Assembly (NCBI GenBank): GCA_028695135.1
Contig: JAQVJM010000002.1
Coordinates: 14,249 to 78,248, forward strand
Length of the DNA stretch: 64,000 bases
Reading direction: 5' to 3'
DNA from: Candidatus Moraniibacteriota bacterium
GTDB lineage: Bacteria > Patescibacteriota > Minisyncoccia > Moranbacterales > UBA9337
In this document: in pieces, positions 9,421 through 18,706 of the stretch
Position numbering within the stretch: position 1 is the first letter of the stretch
How the letters are laid out: each line of letters begins with the position of its first letter
Translations under genes and position numbers: made by a program
The notes under the pieces: model-generated
What the model saw: only the letters and a program-made list of their open reading frames with translations
What the model was told of the DNA's origin: nothing
Databases searched by the model: none

Positions 9421-10234
9421 ATTTTTCAATCGGGAATCCTTTTTCTTGCCAGGCCCTAAGTCCGCCTTCAATCGTATAGGTGGCCAGAAATCCTAGATCG
9501 TAGAGCTTGACTCCCGATTGGAAATCAAGCAACTCGGAATCCCCATATACTATTATTTCTTCCATCAAGGGGATATCCTCCTTTTTGCTTTCCAAATCTT
9601 TAAGGGGTATGTTCATAGCTTTGGGTATATGTCCCTGCGAAAAAAGATTTTCCGAACGAGTGTCTATTATTGTTACGGGATATCCGTTGTCTATGGCCAG
9701 CTTTAGCTGTTCCGGAAGTATGTTTTCTATCTTTGCCCTGTCCAAAACGGATTCCGGATCGCCTATGCCCACTGTATTGTTGGATTTTGTTTTCCAAGCG
9801 TAAATTCCTCCCGATAGGGCTAAAACATTCTTGAATCCGGAATCTTTGAAGAATTTGACTGCGCCAGCTTCGGCGTTTTTATCCTCGAAATCATATCCGA
9901 CTATGACTATAAGCTCTTCTTTGTTCAATTTTATTACTTCATCCTTTATTTTTTCTGGCGTTATGTTTACCGAGTCTTCTATGTGCTCCTTTTCATAACT
10001 TACGGCATCCCGAATATCTATTATTTTCAACTTTTCTTTTTTTATTATTTTTTCTCCAAGCTCCTCGGATGTAATATATGCATATTCATAAACTTCTTGT
10101 GTTTGCGGCGGAGCTTCTGTTTTTCCTTTATTAAATTTAAAAACTGGACGCATGAAAGTTATTGTTGCGACTATGAGGATAAGAAGAAAACCTAAGAGGA
10201 AAACTCTATTTTCTTTTTTAATTTTTTCGGACAT
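9419..10234 (-). CDS. Membrane-anchored tandem rhodanese-domain protein; both domains lack the catalytic cysteine
   Basis: N-terminal TM then two rhodanese-like modules (IIDIRDAVSYEKEHIEDSVNI...GGIYAWK and TIIDTRSENLFSQGHIPKAMNIP...GGLRAWQ); the active-site loop positions read VGYDFED and VYGDSEL instead of CxxGxR. Confidence 0.75.
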   Translation of the reverse strand: MSEKIKKENRVFLLGFLLILIVATITFMRPVFKFNKGKTEAPPQTQEVYEYAYITSEELGEKIIKKEKLKIIDIRDAVSYEKEHIEDSVNITPEKIKDEVIKLNKEELIVIVGYDFEDKNAEAGAVKFFKDSGFKNVLALSGGIYAWKTKSNNTVGIGDPESVLDRAKIENILPEQLKLAIDNGYPVTIIDTRSENLFSQGHIPKAMNIPLKDLESKKEDIPLMEEIIVYGDSELLDFQSGVKLYDLGFLATYTIEGGLRAWQEKGFPIEK

Positions 10235-10238
10235 ATTT

Positions 10239-11189
10239 TTATTTTAGCACGCTTCCTATGAAGCCGGGGTATCCGTTTATGAAACTGTTTGCCTCAGTTT
10301 CATTTTTTCCTTCCAGCTGTAATTTTTCTATGATTATGTTTCCTTTGCCTGTTTTTACGCGTATTTTTTTGTCTTCTTTCTGGAAGACTTCTCCCAAATG
10401 CCGTTCGTTTTCATTTTCATTTTCTTCCGCCGATATTGAAGTCAGTGATATTTTTTTAACAGCCCCTTCATTATCCCAAAAAGTATAAATTCCCGGCCAG
10501 ACTCGGAAAGCGCGAAAAGTATTATGAATTTCCGAGGCGCTTTTGCCCCAAAATATTTGCCCGTCGCTTTTTTCTATGAGCTGGCAAAGAGTGGCCTCCC
10601 CATCGTTCTGTTTGACTGGATTTATTTCTCCGTTAATCCATTTGGAAACAGTATGCAATAATAATTTGGATCCTGCTACAGCCAGCTTGCTTGTGAGAGT
10701 TATATAATCGTCATCATCGTTTATAGCTATCTTTTTTTGGGATAATATATCCCCGGTATCAATTCCTTTGTCCATCAGCATTATGGTTATTCCGGTCTCC
10801 TTATCTCCTTGAAGAAGGGAATTTTGAATAGGAGAGGGACCGCGCAATTTTGGAAGAAGCGAAGCGTGGACGTTCAGGGATTTCATTCTGGGTATTTCCA
10901 ATATTTTTTCTGGAATGATTTTCCCATAGGAAGCGACTATAAAAACGTCAGGTCTGAGGCCCTTTATCTCGTTTGTGAAATTTTCATCCAGTTTTTCAGG
11001 CTGGAGTATTTTTATGTTATTTTTCTGGGCGATATCTCTTACCGGATTCGGTAGATTTCCTTTCTTGTCTCTGCTGTCCGGTTGAGTGACTACTGCCGAG
11101 ATTTCATAGGGGCTTCCTGTCAAAGATTCAAGGACGATTCCGGCAAAATCGGAAGTGCCCATGAAAACTATTTTTAATTTTTCTTCCAT
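10239..11189 (-). CDS. fmt: Methionyl-tRNA formyltransferase
   Basis: IVFMGTSDFA, SLNVHASLLPKLRGPSPIQ, GDKETGITIM motifs; located immediately upstream-adjacent to def in the typical def-fmt arrangement. Confidence 0.9.
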   Translation of the reverse strand: MEEKLKIVFMGTSDFAGIVLESLTGSPYEISAVVTQPDSRDKKGNLPNPVRDIAQKNNIKILQPEKLDENFTNEIKGLRPDVFIVASYGKIIPEKILEIPRMKSLNVHASLLPKLRGPSPIQNSLLQGDKETGITIMLMDKGIDTGDILSQKKIAINDDDDYITLTSKLAVAGSKLLLHTVSKWINGEINPVKQNDGEATLCQLIEKSDGQIFWGKSASEIHNTFRAFRVWPGIYTFWDNEGAVKKISLTSISAEENENENERHLGEVFQKEDKKIRVKTGKGNIIIEKLQLEGKNETEANSFINGYPGFIGSVLK

Positions 11190-11327
11190 AATTTCACAAT
11201 CCGAATCTACGGATATAATTCAAATCTACAAATTTTATTCGAATTCCTCTAAATATCGCATCGGATTTATCCGGGATTTAAATTATTGCGATCGGAACGC
11301 TCAAATGTCATTCGTAGATTCGGATTA

Positions 11328-11756
11328 TTATTTATTTATAAAAAGTTTTCCGTTAAGATGGTCTATTTCATGCTGGAGCGCTCTGGCCAGCAGAGCCTCC
11401 GCTTTTATCTTACACTTTTCTCCTTTTTCATTCAAATACCTTACTGTAACTCCGGAAAATCTTTTTATCGGTAGGAATTTCCCGGGGAAACTGAGACATC
11501 CTTCTTCAGAAATATCACATTCTTTCGATTCGGACGTTATTTTGGGATTTATGAAAACATATGATTTTTTATCAATTTCGATAACGCAAAGACGGATTGA
11601 TTTTCCAATTTGAGGAGCCGCCAATCCTATGCCTTTATTTTCTCTCATAGTTTGGATCATGTCGATTATCAGTTTTTGAATCTCGGGATCAAGGGGATTT
11701 TTTATTTTTTCCGATTTTTTTTCCAGTATCGGATCGGGATAGGCTATTATTTTCAT
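11328..11756 (-). CDS. def: Peptide deformylase
   Basis: GIGLAAPQIG, EGCLSFPG, HEIDHLNG metal-binding motifs; 142 aa. Confidence 0.9.
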   Translation of the reverse strand: MKIIAYPDPILEKKSEKIKNPLDPEIQKLIIDMIQTMRENKGIGLAAPQIGKSIRLCVIEIDKKSYVFINPKITSESKECDISEEGCLSFPGKFLPIKRFSGVTVRYLNEKGEKCKIKAEALLARALQHEIDHLNGKLFINK

Positions 11757-11816
11757 TGAATTTCTATAAGTTGCAAATGAATACGAATTTACTAATATGC
11801 AAAATATCTAATCTGC

Positions 11817-12176
11817 TTAGAGTTTCTTATAAATGTTCTTCTCTTCCTTTCCGTGATCAGCCTTTATTTCAAAAAAGTTCCCTTCAGGAAGTCCTTGAAT
11901 CATAACATTTTTAGAATCATTTTTCAATATTTTTATATTTTCCATTTTTATCTTTTTGCCATCGACAATCAGCGACCAGGAGAAATCTTTATCATCGGAA
12001 TAGTTTTCAATAACGAAGCTCATGGAATCATTTTTTGGATTTTCAAAATATAAAAACCATCCGTTTTTAATCCGATGCTGGCGATTTTCCGCGATGCTTA
12101 GGAATAAAAAGCTCGTCAGAACGATCGCCAACGTTGAAACTATTATTATTTTATGGTTTTTCATAATATTCTTCAA
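11817..12176 (-). CDS. Exported hypothetical protein with N-terminal TM/signal
   Basis: N-terminal hydrophobic stretch IIIVSTLAIVLTSFLFLSIA; 4-nt overlap with the upstream GT-C-like gene. Confidence 0.4.
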   Translation of the reverse strand: MKNIMKNHKIIIVSTLAIVLTSFLFLSIAENRQHRIKNGWFLYFENPKNDSMSFVIENYSDDKDFSWSLIVDGKKIKMENIKILKNDSKNVMIQGLPEGNFFEIKADHGKEEKNIYKKL

Positions 12177-14212
12177 TGCCTATAAAATATCTCAATATGC
12201 TTCCCGGAATAAATTTTCCAGAAGTCATCGTTTTTTTCGAATTGGATGCTGTCAAATTCAGGATTTATCACTACAAATCGAGTGCCGGTTCCCGCATAGC
12301 ATCTTTGAGCTTTTTCTGAGGAAGGAGATTCTATCATCCAGAGCGTACACATTTCGCGAGGCTTAGTGGGATCTTCGTATCTCTTGAAAAATCCTCTAGA
12401 CAAAGGATAGCTATAATCTCTCATGAAAGAAAGCTTCATCCAGGCATCTGCTTTTATGTAATTGTGATCCTTTATCGTCATAATCTCGCTGTCAATCCTT
12501 TCGGTCAGATAACCGGAAGCATGAAAGGTTTCCAACGCCGATTGATTGTCAATTCTTCCCGATAAAGATTGGGAATTGTCGTAGTGTCCGGAAGAAAAAA
12601 CAGTAAGCGTCATCAGGAAAAAAAACAGGAGGATGATCTTGGAGGACACTGAAAAATATCCGCTCCCTTTTAAATTTTTTATGAAATAAGCCAGCCAGAC
12701 CAGGGCGAAAGAAGCGGATATGACAAACGGAAAACTTGTATAATTGGCGACTCTTCCCGAAGGTATGTTTATGTAAAGCCAATGAGGCTTGAGGGTCATA
12801 ACCGATAAGGCGATTGTCCAGCCGATGATAAAAGCGGGAGCTAAAATTTTTTCAAAAGTATTCTTTTTTTTGAAATTTTTGTGCGAAAGCGCAATTAGAG
12901 ACAAAAGAAAAATTCCTATCAATCCCAGCGCCAGGCGTGGTTCTCCGACTGCGTATTTGAATTGAGCGGGAGTGAGTCCCGTCCGGGTTGATTTGGAAGG
13001 GGCGCCGACAGCTGTGGAAGTGGCGTCAAAGTTGAGGTAGGAAGGCGTATGGATAAATAAAACAAATATGGATATTGCTGCCAGAAATACTATGTTTTGA
13101 GCGGAGAAAGCGATTTTAAAATATTTTTTCATCAAGTCTGAAAAATCGGAAAAGCGGCTTTTGTTTTCCTTGATTCTTAAAAATGCGATATCGAGCAGAG
13201 ACGCGAATGTGAAAAACAATATTATAAAGATGAAGATAAAGATAAAAATCAGCGAGCTGAGATGATGAAAATAGAACATTCCGCCGCTTGCAAACAGAGC
13301 CAGAGTCATCAGGTTTTTGTTTTCTTCCTTCAACGCTCTGAAAAAAAGATAAAGAGAAAGGGGGATAAGCAGATTGCCGATTATGTTTCCCACAACTCCT
13401 CCGCTTACGAATTTGGCTTGCGGAGAAGATATGGCATAAATCGGACCCATAAGAAGAAGAGCGGCTATGGATATATTCAGCGGGTTTTTAATCAGGCTTT
13501 TGGGAGTGATAAAATTTTTTCTGGAAAAAATTCTAAGGGTCAGGATAAAAATAGCCAGAATGCCGATTATATCTATGAGAAAGAGGACCAGGGTGGGAAA
13601 GTAAGAAATGAAATCAGCTCCGCTCAGGAGATTTATGGCGGAAAAAACCAGATGTTCTCCAATTATAAAATCGGCGATATCGCTTTTTTCCAAAAAATAA
13701 TTTCCCTCGTCTTCAATTATTTCCAGTTTCTCATAATCGGGGAGATTTCCGGTTTCGGAAACAAGTTTAGCCCAGTACATGTGGTGGCCGAGGTCGGTGG
13801 AAGTAGGGAAGATGGCGTCTTTTAGATAAGCGGTTTTTATGAATACGGTAAGAAAAATTATCAGAATTATCAATATAGATTGCTTTTTCGAAAAATCCGC
13901 AAATATCGATTCCTGCCTATCTACTTTATTTTTTTTGTTCTTATTTTTATAAAATAAATAACAAGTTGTCAGAAAAAATCCGATAATTGCCGAGATAGAA
14001 AGTGTCGTTATCGGAATTCCCGTTTTTCCCAGAATTATTATCAAAAAATTTACGGCAATAAGGCTTAATCCGAAAGAAATAGTGAAATTTTCCAAAGGCA
14101 GGAAAATTTTCCTCACATCTTTGCCAAAAATCGCCAGAAGTAAAAAATATCCCGGAAGAAATAGGATGATAATCAAGGATAAATAAAATAGAATTTGTTC
14201 GATAATAAACAT
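12173..14212 (-). CDS. Large polytopic membrane protein, putative GT-C-fold glycosyltransferase (ArnT/PMT-like architecture: ~11-13 TM helices plus C-terminal extracytoplasmic domain)
   Basis: Many TM helices in the first ~520 aa, soluble C-terminal domain; operon context with the GtrB/DPM1-like GT2 and a GT4; no sharp family motif recognised. Confidence 0.5.
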   Translation of the reverse strand: MFIIEQILFYLSLIIILFLPGYFLLLAIFGKDVRKIFLPLENFTISFGLSLIAVNFLIIILGKTGIPITTLSISAIIGFFLTTCYLFYKNKNKKNKVDRQESIFADFSKKQSILIILIIFLTVFIKTAYLKDAIFPTSTDLGHHMYWAKLVSETGNLPDYEKLEIIEDEGNYFLEKSDIADFIIGEHLVFSAINLLSGADFISYFPTLVLFLIDIIGILAIFILTLRIFSRKNFITPKSLIKNPLNISIAALLLMGPIYAISSPQAKFVSGGVVGNIIGNLLIPLSLYLFFRALKEENKNLMTLALFASGGMFYFHHLSSLIFIFIFIFIILFFTFASLLDIAFLRIKENKSRFSDFSDLMKKYFKIAFSAQNIVFLAAISIFVLFIHTPSYLNFDATSTAVGAPSKSTRTGLTPAQFKYAVGEPRLALGLIGIFLLSLIALSHKNFKKKNTFEKILAPAFIIGWTIALSVMTLKPHWLYINIPSGRVANYTSFPFVISASFALVWLAYFIKNLKGSGYFSVSSKIILLFFFLMTLTVFSSGHYDNSQSLSGRIDNQSALETFHASGYLTERIDSEIMTIKDHNYIKADAWMKLSFMRDYSYPLSRGFFKRYEDPTKPREMCTLWMIESPSSEKAQRCYAGTGTRFVVINPEFDSIQFEKNDDFWKIYSGKHIEIFYRH

Positions 14213-14224
14213 TTTTGATTGAAG

Positions 14225-15349
14225 TTAAGCCTCTTTTTCTAATAAGTCTAAATATTTCAAAGCTATTTTTTGCCAAGAAAAATTTTCGATGGTGAATTTC
14301 TGAGCACGTTCTCCAAAAGCCGATCTGAAATCGTCAGCCTCCATAATAGCTTCTATTTTTCTTTTCCATTTGTCTGCGTCCTCGGGATCGACTAAAAATC
14401 CATTTTTTCCGTCATAAATCGCGTCTCTTAATCCTTCCAATCGGGAAGCCACCACTACTTTTCTGCAAGCAGCTCCTTCAATGGCGTTTATCCCGAATCC
14501 CTCCATTGATCCCGGAACCTTAATATTGGGAGAGATGAAAATATCAACGGCGTTAAATAGGACATTCATTTTTTCTTGGGGCATATTAGCAAACAGAAAA
14601 ACCCTATTTTCCAATCCTAATTCTTTTATGACCTTCTCACATTCCGGGTAAATGTCGCTGTCTCCGGCTGTTTTTCTAGCGACTCTGCCTCCGGCGGCAA
14701 TCAGAACATAATCGGAGGAAAGCTTCGGCATCACATTTTTAATAAACCACAGAAGTCCTTTGTGCCTTACAAACCTTCCCACTCTTAGCATAACCTTCTT
14801 TCCTTCTAACCTTATGTTTAACAAGTCTTCCAATTCTTTTCGGGAATGTTTTTCATATATGGAATAAAGATCGAACCCGTTGGGAATGAAGAAGCATTTT
14901 TCTTTTGGAATTCCGGCTTTTTCTGCTTCCGATATTGTATGATTTCCTACCATTATAAGCTTATCAAGTTTTTTAAGCGAAGGAATATTTATTTTTCTAT
15001 ATATCTTTCCCAGGAAGGTATTTTTTTGGGCATAAGTTATATCCAAACCGTGAATAATACTGAAAAATCTTTTTTTGGGATGGAATAATTTAAGCAAAGG
15101 TCCCAAGGGGGACAGGACTCCGTCCCCAAAAAGAACAACATCATATTTCCAGAGAGAAAACAGGGATTGAAAGTAAGCCGAGAGAATGAAAAAGGGAAGG
15201 AATTTTTTCCCCCGCCTATTGGCGATTATTCTTACTTCAGCTATTTGGGACAGCGCCTTTCCGATGCCGTAATTTTGGTTCTCTATTCCTCCGATTACGG
15301 GGGGATAAGCGCGGGAAATAAACAGTATTTTAAAATTTTTTTTATTCAT
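14225..15349 (-). CDS. Glycosyltransferase family 4 (GT-B, retaining)
   Basis: C-terminal EX7E region SMEGFGINAIEGAACRKVVVAS...GKNGFLVDPED; start taken at the second ATG (MNKKNFKILFISRAY) to minimise overlap with the upstream gene; ORF-track start is 15394. Confidence 0.75.
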   Translation of the reverse strand: MNKKNFKILFISRAYPPVIGGIENQNYGIGKALSQIAEVRIIANRRGKKFLPFFILSAYFQSLFSLWKYDVVLFGDGVLSPLGPLLKLFHPKKRFFSIIHGLDITYAQKNTFLGKIYRKINIPSLKKLDKLIMVGNHTISEAEKAGIPKEKCFFIPNGFDLYSIYEKHSRKELEDLLNIRLEGKKVMLRVGRFVRHKGLLWFIKNVMPKLSSDYVLIAAGGRVARKTAGDSDIYPECEKVIKELGLENRVFLFANMPQEKMNVLFNAVDIFISPNIKVPGSMEGFGINAIEGAACRKVVVASRLEGLRDAIYDGKNGFLVDPEDADKWKRKIEAIMEADDFRSAFGERAQKFTIENFSWQKIALKYLDLLEKEA

Positions 15350-16316
15350 TCTTAGGATTTTTTTTAGCTTTCTTGAATTTTTTTGATCTTTCAAAATATG
15401 CCAGATCTTCTATCAGTTTGCGATTAGCTTTTATCATATCGGCAATCAGGGCAAAGACCAAAAACTGAAAACCGACCAGAAGGGAAGTTATCGAAAGCAA
15501 CAGGTAATTTCGGTAAGGAGTTATCTTGAAATCCTGAAGATATAGAGAAAGAAATATGACGATTGAAGCTAAGGATACGAGGAGCAATATGAATCCCGGG
15601 ATGCCGAAAAATTTCATGGGACGGACATCGCGGATAGCTTTTATTATTATCCTGAAGCTATTATTTATATAATTATAGATGCTTTTCACCACTCGGGATT
15701 TCCTTTCTTTGAAATAAGTAACTTCTACGGGTACCCACTTTACTTCCAAATTTTTTCCTATTGCGTCGATTATGGTTTCTTGGGTATAGGTAAAATTTCC
15801 CGGAAGATTGAGGCGCAACATCGTTTCTTGGGAATAGGCCCTGAATCCGCAGGTCAGATCGTTTATCCTGTGGTTCAAAAATTTCCCGATTATTTTGGCT
15901 GCCAGCCGGTTAAGGAAATTTTTTGCCCAAGGCATGTCTTTGGCCTTATGGCTTCCGAATCTGTCGGCGCTCACCATGTCAGCTTTGCCACTAATTATAG
16001 GTTCTACCAGCTTTTGAATGTCCCGGGGGTCGAATTGTCCGTCGGCATCCATATTTACCATTACATCCGCTTCGTTTTTAAGGGATTTAAAAACCGCTCT
16101 CCTGAAAGTTATCCCGATACCCTTGTTGGGAAAATGAGAATACACAAAATCAGCTCCGGCTTTTCTGGAAATTTCGGCTGTCTTGTCTCTTGATCCGTCA
16201 TCGATCACCTGGATCAAGACTTCGTCGAACCCTTTTATGTCGCGGGGGATTTTTCTTATAGTTTCTCCAATTTTGGCCTCTTCGTTAAAGGCCGGCAGAT
16301 TTACGATTAATCTCAT
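15342..16316 (-). CDS. GT2 polyprenyl-phosphate glycosyltransferase (GtrB/ArnC/DPM1-like) with C-terminal TM anchor
   Basis: MRLIVNLPAFNEE...IQVIDDGSRDKT...MVNMDADGQFDP (DxD) and two C-terminal TM helices, the standard GtrB/DPM1 architecture. Confidence 0.8.
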   Translation of the reverse strand: MRLIVNLPAFNEEAKIGETIRKIPRDIKGFDEVLIQVIDDGSRDKTAEISRKAGADFVYSHFPNKGIGITFRRAVFKSLKNEADVMVNMDADGQFDPRDIQKLVEPIISGKADMVSADRFGSHKAKDMPWAKNFLNRLAAKIIGKFLNHRINDLTCGFRAYSQETMLRLNLPGNFTYTQETIIDAIGKNLEVKWVPVEVTYFKERKSRVVKSIYNYINNSFRIIIKAIRDVRPMKFFGIPGFILLLVSLASIVIFLSLYLQDFKITPYRNYLLLSITSLLVGFQFLVFALIADMIKANRKLIEDLAYFERSKKFKKAKKNPKNE

Positions 16317-16510
16317 AATCTAAAATTTACTTATTTATCTTTATTCCAATATTATCCTAATTTTTGGCGATTGACAAATAAAAAATACGGATCAAAAAAT
16401 GAATATCAAATGTTTGGCATTTCGACTTTTTCTGATATAATTGACGTTGAGGAGGAGCCTCGGGTCAAATAAATAAATAAATAAACCCGCATTCTTAAAG
16501 TAGCTGAAAT

Positions 16511-17320
16511 ATGAAGAGAGGATTAAAAAGATTATTTATCATATTCATATATCTGATGATTTTTTCCGCGATAGGACTTTTTTTCTATATGGTACTAAAG
16601 CCTAATCCGACTTGTTTTGACGGAGAGCAGAATCAAGCCGAAGACGGAATCGATTGCGGGGGGCCGTGCCAGCCGTGCGAAAAAGAAATCGTCGTCCAAG
16701 AAATGGAAATCTTGGAAAAGTATTTCGTGCAGGGAACCGGAGAGTTTTATGATGTTATGGCCAAATTGGACAATCCCAACAATAGATACGGGGCGGCTAA
16801 ATTTTATTACGAATTCAATCTGGTGGACAAAGAAGGAAATTCTTTGGCCAATAGGAGAGGGGAAAGTTTCATCCTTCCGGGAGAAACTAAATATGTCATA
16901 GAGCTCAATCTGCAGTCGCAGGTACATCCCTATACGGCTAAGTTTGAGATAATCGATGTCGCTTGGGAAGAATTTTTAAATTATGAAGAGCCAAGGCTTA
17001 GCATTTACAACAAAAATTATGCAGAAGAGAGCGGAAAAAGCGAAGTTTTCGGACTGATGAAGAATGAAAGCTATTTTGACTTCAACTCGATTGAGATCGA
17101 TATAATCCTGAGGGACGAGAGTGGAAATCCTCTGGCATTGGGAAAAAACGAGATGCGGACGATCAGCTCCCAGCAGGAGAGGGACTTCAGGGTTTTTTGG
17201 CCGTATAATTTTTCCAGGGAAGTGCGAGATATTGAAATCAGGGCGGAAGCTGACGTGTTTGATCCCAATAATAGCTATGTAAAAAAATATATGCCCCAGA
17301 GGTTCCGAGACTATAGGTGA
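16511..17320 (+). CDS. Exported hypothetical protein with N-terminal TM and Cys-rich segment
   Basis: LFIIFIYLMIFSAIGLFFYMV TM; CFDGEQNQAEDGIDCGGPCQPCEKE. Confidence 0.45.
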   Translation: MKRGLKRLFIIFIYLMIFSAIGLFFYMVLKPNPTCFDGEQNQAEDGIDCGGPCQPCEKEIVVQEMEILEKYFVQGTGEFYDVMAKLDNPNNRYGAAKFYYEFNLVDKEGNSLANRRGESFILPGETKYVIELNLQSQVHPYTAKFEIIDVAWEEFLNYEEPRLSIYNKNYAEESGKSEVFGLMKNESYFDFNSIEIDIILRDESGNPLALGKNEMRTISSQQERDFRVFWPYNFSREVRDIEIRAEADVFDPNNSYVKKYMPQRFRDYR

Positions 17321-17389
17321 GCTGGATCATAATTTTGAAATTGAAAATTTGAAATTATGTATAAATTATAAATAAAAAATGCGATGATA

Positions 17390-17416
17390 AAAAACCCGCC
17401 AGAGCGGGATTTTATG
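17390..17416. terminator. Hairpin terminator between convergent genes (stronger T-run for the minus-strand gene)
   Basis: CCCGC-CAGA-GCGGG flanked by A-run and T-run. Confidence 0.5.
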
Positions 17417-18551
17417 ATTTTGGATTTTTCTTTGCCCTTAGGCTTGCGTCGAATCTGATTCCCCCGGGATTCAATGCTTCGATTGCGCTCATTATTTCAT
17501 GGTTTTCCAAGCCTCTTCCTATCCTGTTTTCCATTTTCTTTATTTTTTTCAAGTAATCCATTATTAATTTTTTTCTTATCTCATCATCTTCTTTGGTTTT
17601 AAATCTGTCTATTTCCAAAGTTAAATGTCTGGCCAATTTTCTTTTGTCAGTTTTAAAATGCATCGCTTCTATCCCGTCGCTTATTTCTTTCAAAAAATTC
17701 AGATGCCTTTCCGGTCGCTCGTGATAATCCTTGGCCGGTTTCGTTTTTATAAAATTGGGCTTTTTCTTTATAAGAGTAGGCCCTTCCTTATAAGCCGTTA
17801 TTATCTTTTTCAGAGCCTTTTCCCTGTCTCCCGCTTCGTATTCTTCTTTTCCTATGCCGTATATCTTATATAACATAGCGACGTAGATCGCCCCAAAAGC
17901 TCGTCCGTGTCGAGGGCTCTCTTTTATTATCTTTTTTATTTTTTCCAGCTTTGCGGTCGACTGGAGATTGCTGTGGGGATTTATCTCTCTGTAATCGACC
18001 AGCCGGTGGAGCTTCTCGATGATATCTCTTGTGGCCGCTTCTCGCAGTTGCATCACTCCGAAGGCCCCTTTGTTTTCCAACGGTTCAGGGTTTCTCACAT
18101 TTTTTATGCTTCCTCCGGATTCTCTTAGCTCTATGGCATCGACGAGATGATCGTTTACCAGATCTTCCGGCAGAAAGCCTTTTTTATCATAAATCTCGTG
18201 TGATATCTCTATCATTTTATCTGCCAATTCCCGGGCGTTCAATTTTTCCAGATCGATCGTTTCATATTTTTCATTTTTGATTTCCGAAGCATCATATTTT
18301 TTTTCTGTCAATCCTTCCTTATTTTCTGCATAATTCTTTCTGCGGAAAAATTTTCCTATAGCTTCTATGATGCTGGTCACTTTTCTCGGTTCCTGAGTTA
18401 TTGCTGTAGCCGATAAAGCGGTGACAGCAAATCCAAATAAAAAATCCCGCCTGCTGAGCATCGTTTTTTCGAAATTTCCTGCCATAGGTTTTTCAGAGCT
18501 GTTTTCCTCAGGCTTATTTTTTTTCGGCGATACATAAGATTCTATTTTCAT
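17412..18551 (-). CDS. Lytic-transglycosylase-like (SLT-domain) protein with twin-arginine-like signal peptide
   Basis: LSRRDFLFGFAVTALSATA resembles a Tat motif; ELRESGGS...GAFGVMQL matches the SLT catalytic E-S...GAxGxMQ signature. Confidence 0.55.
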   Translation of the reverse strand: MKIESYVSPKKNKPEENSSEKPMAGNFEKTMLSRRDFLFGFAVTALSATAITQEPRKVTSIIEAIGKFFRRKNYAENKEGLTEKKYDASEIKNEKYETIDLEKLNARELADKMIEISHEIYDKKGFLPEDLVNDHLVDAIELRESGGSIKNVRNPEPLENKGAFGVMQLREAATRDIIEKLHRLVDYREINPHSNLQSTAKLEKIKKIIKESPRHGRAFGAIYVAMLYKIYGIGKEEYEAGDREKALKKIITAYKEGPTLIKKKPNFIKTKPAKDYHERPERHLNFLKEISDGIEAMHFKTDKRKLARHLTLEIDRFKTKEDDEIRKKLIMDYLKKIKKMENRIGRGLENHEIMSAIEALNPGGIRFDASLRAKKNPKS

Positions 18552-18706
18552 ATTTTTATTATATAATAATAAACAAAATGAGCCAATAAAAATAATAAAT
18601 AAAAATCACGCGAAAATACGGTCGTCAGTTTATGTGAAGGAAATAAAAAATCAATATACTTGATTGAAAGAGGTTTTTTATATAGTATGGACTTATTGGA
18701 AATTTA

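Noticed and set aside
12549-13825. ORFs antisense to or within the GT-C-like gene (12549-12782-, 13262-13825+)
   Set aside because: Embedded in a long convincing membrane-protein ORF.
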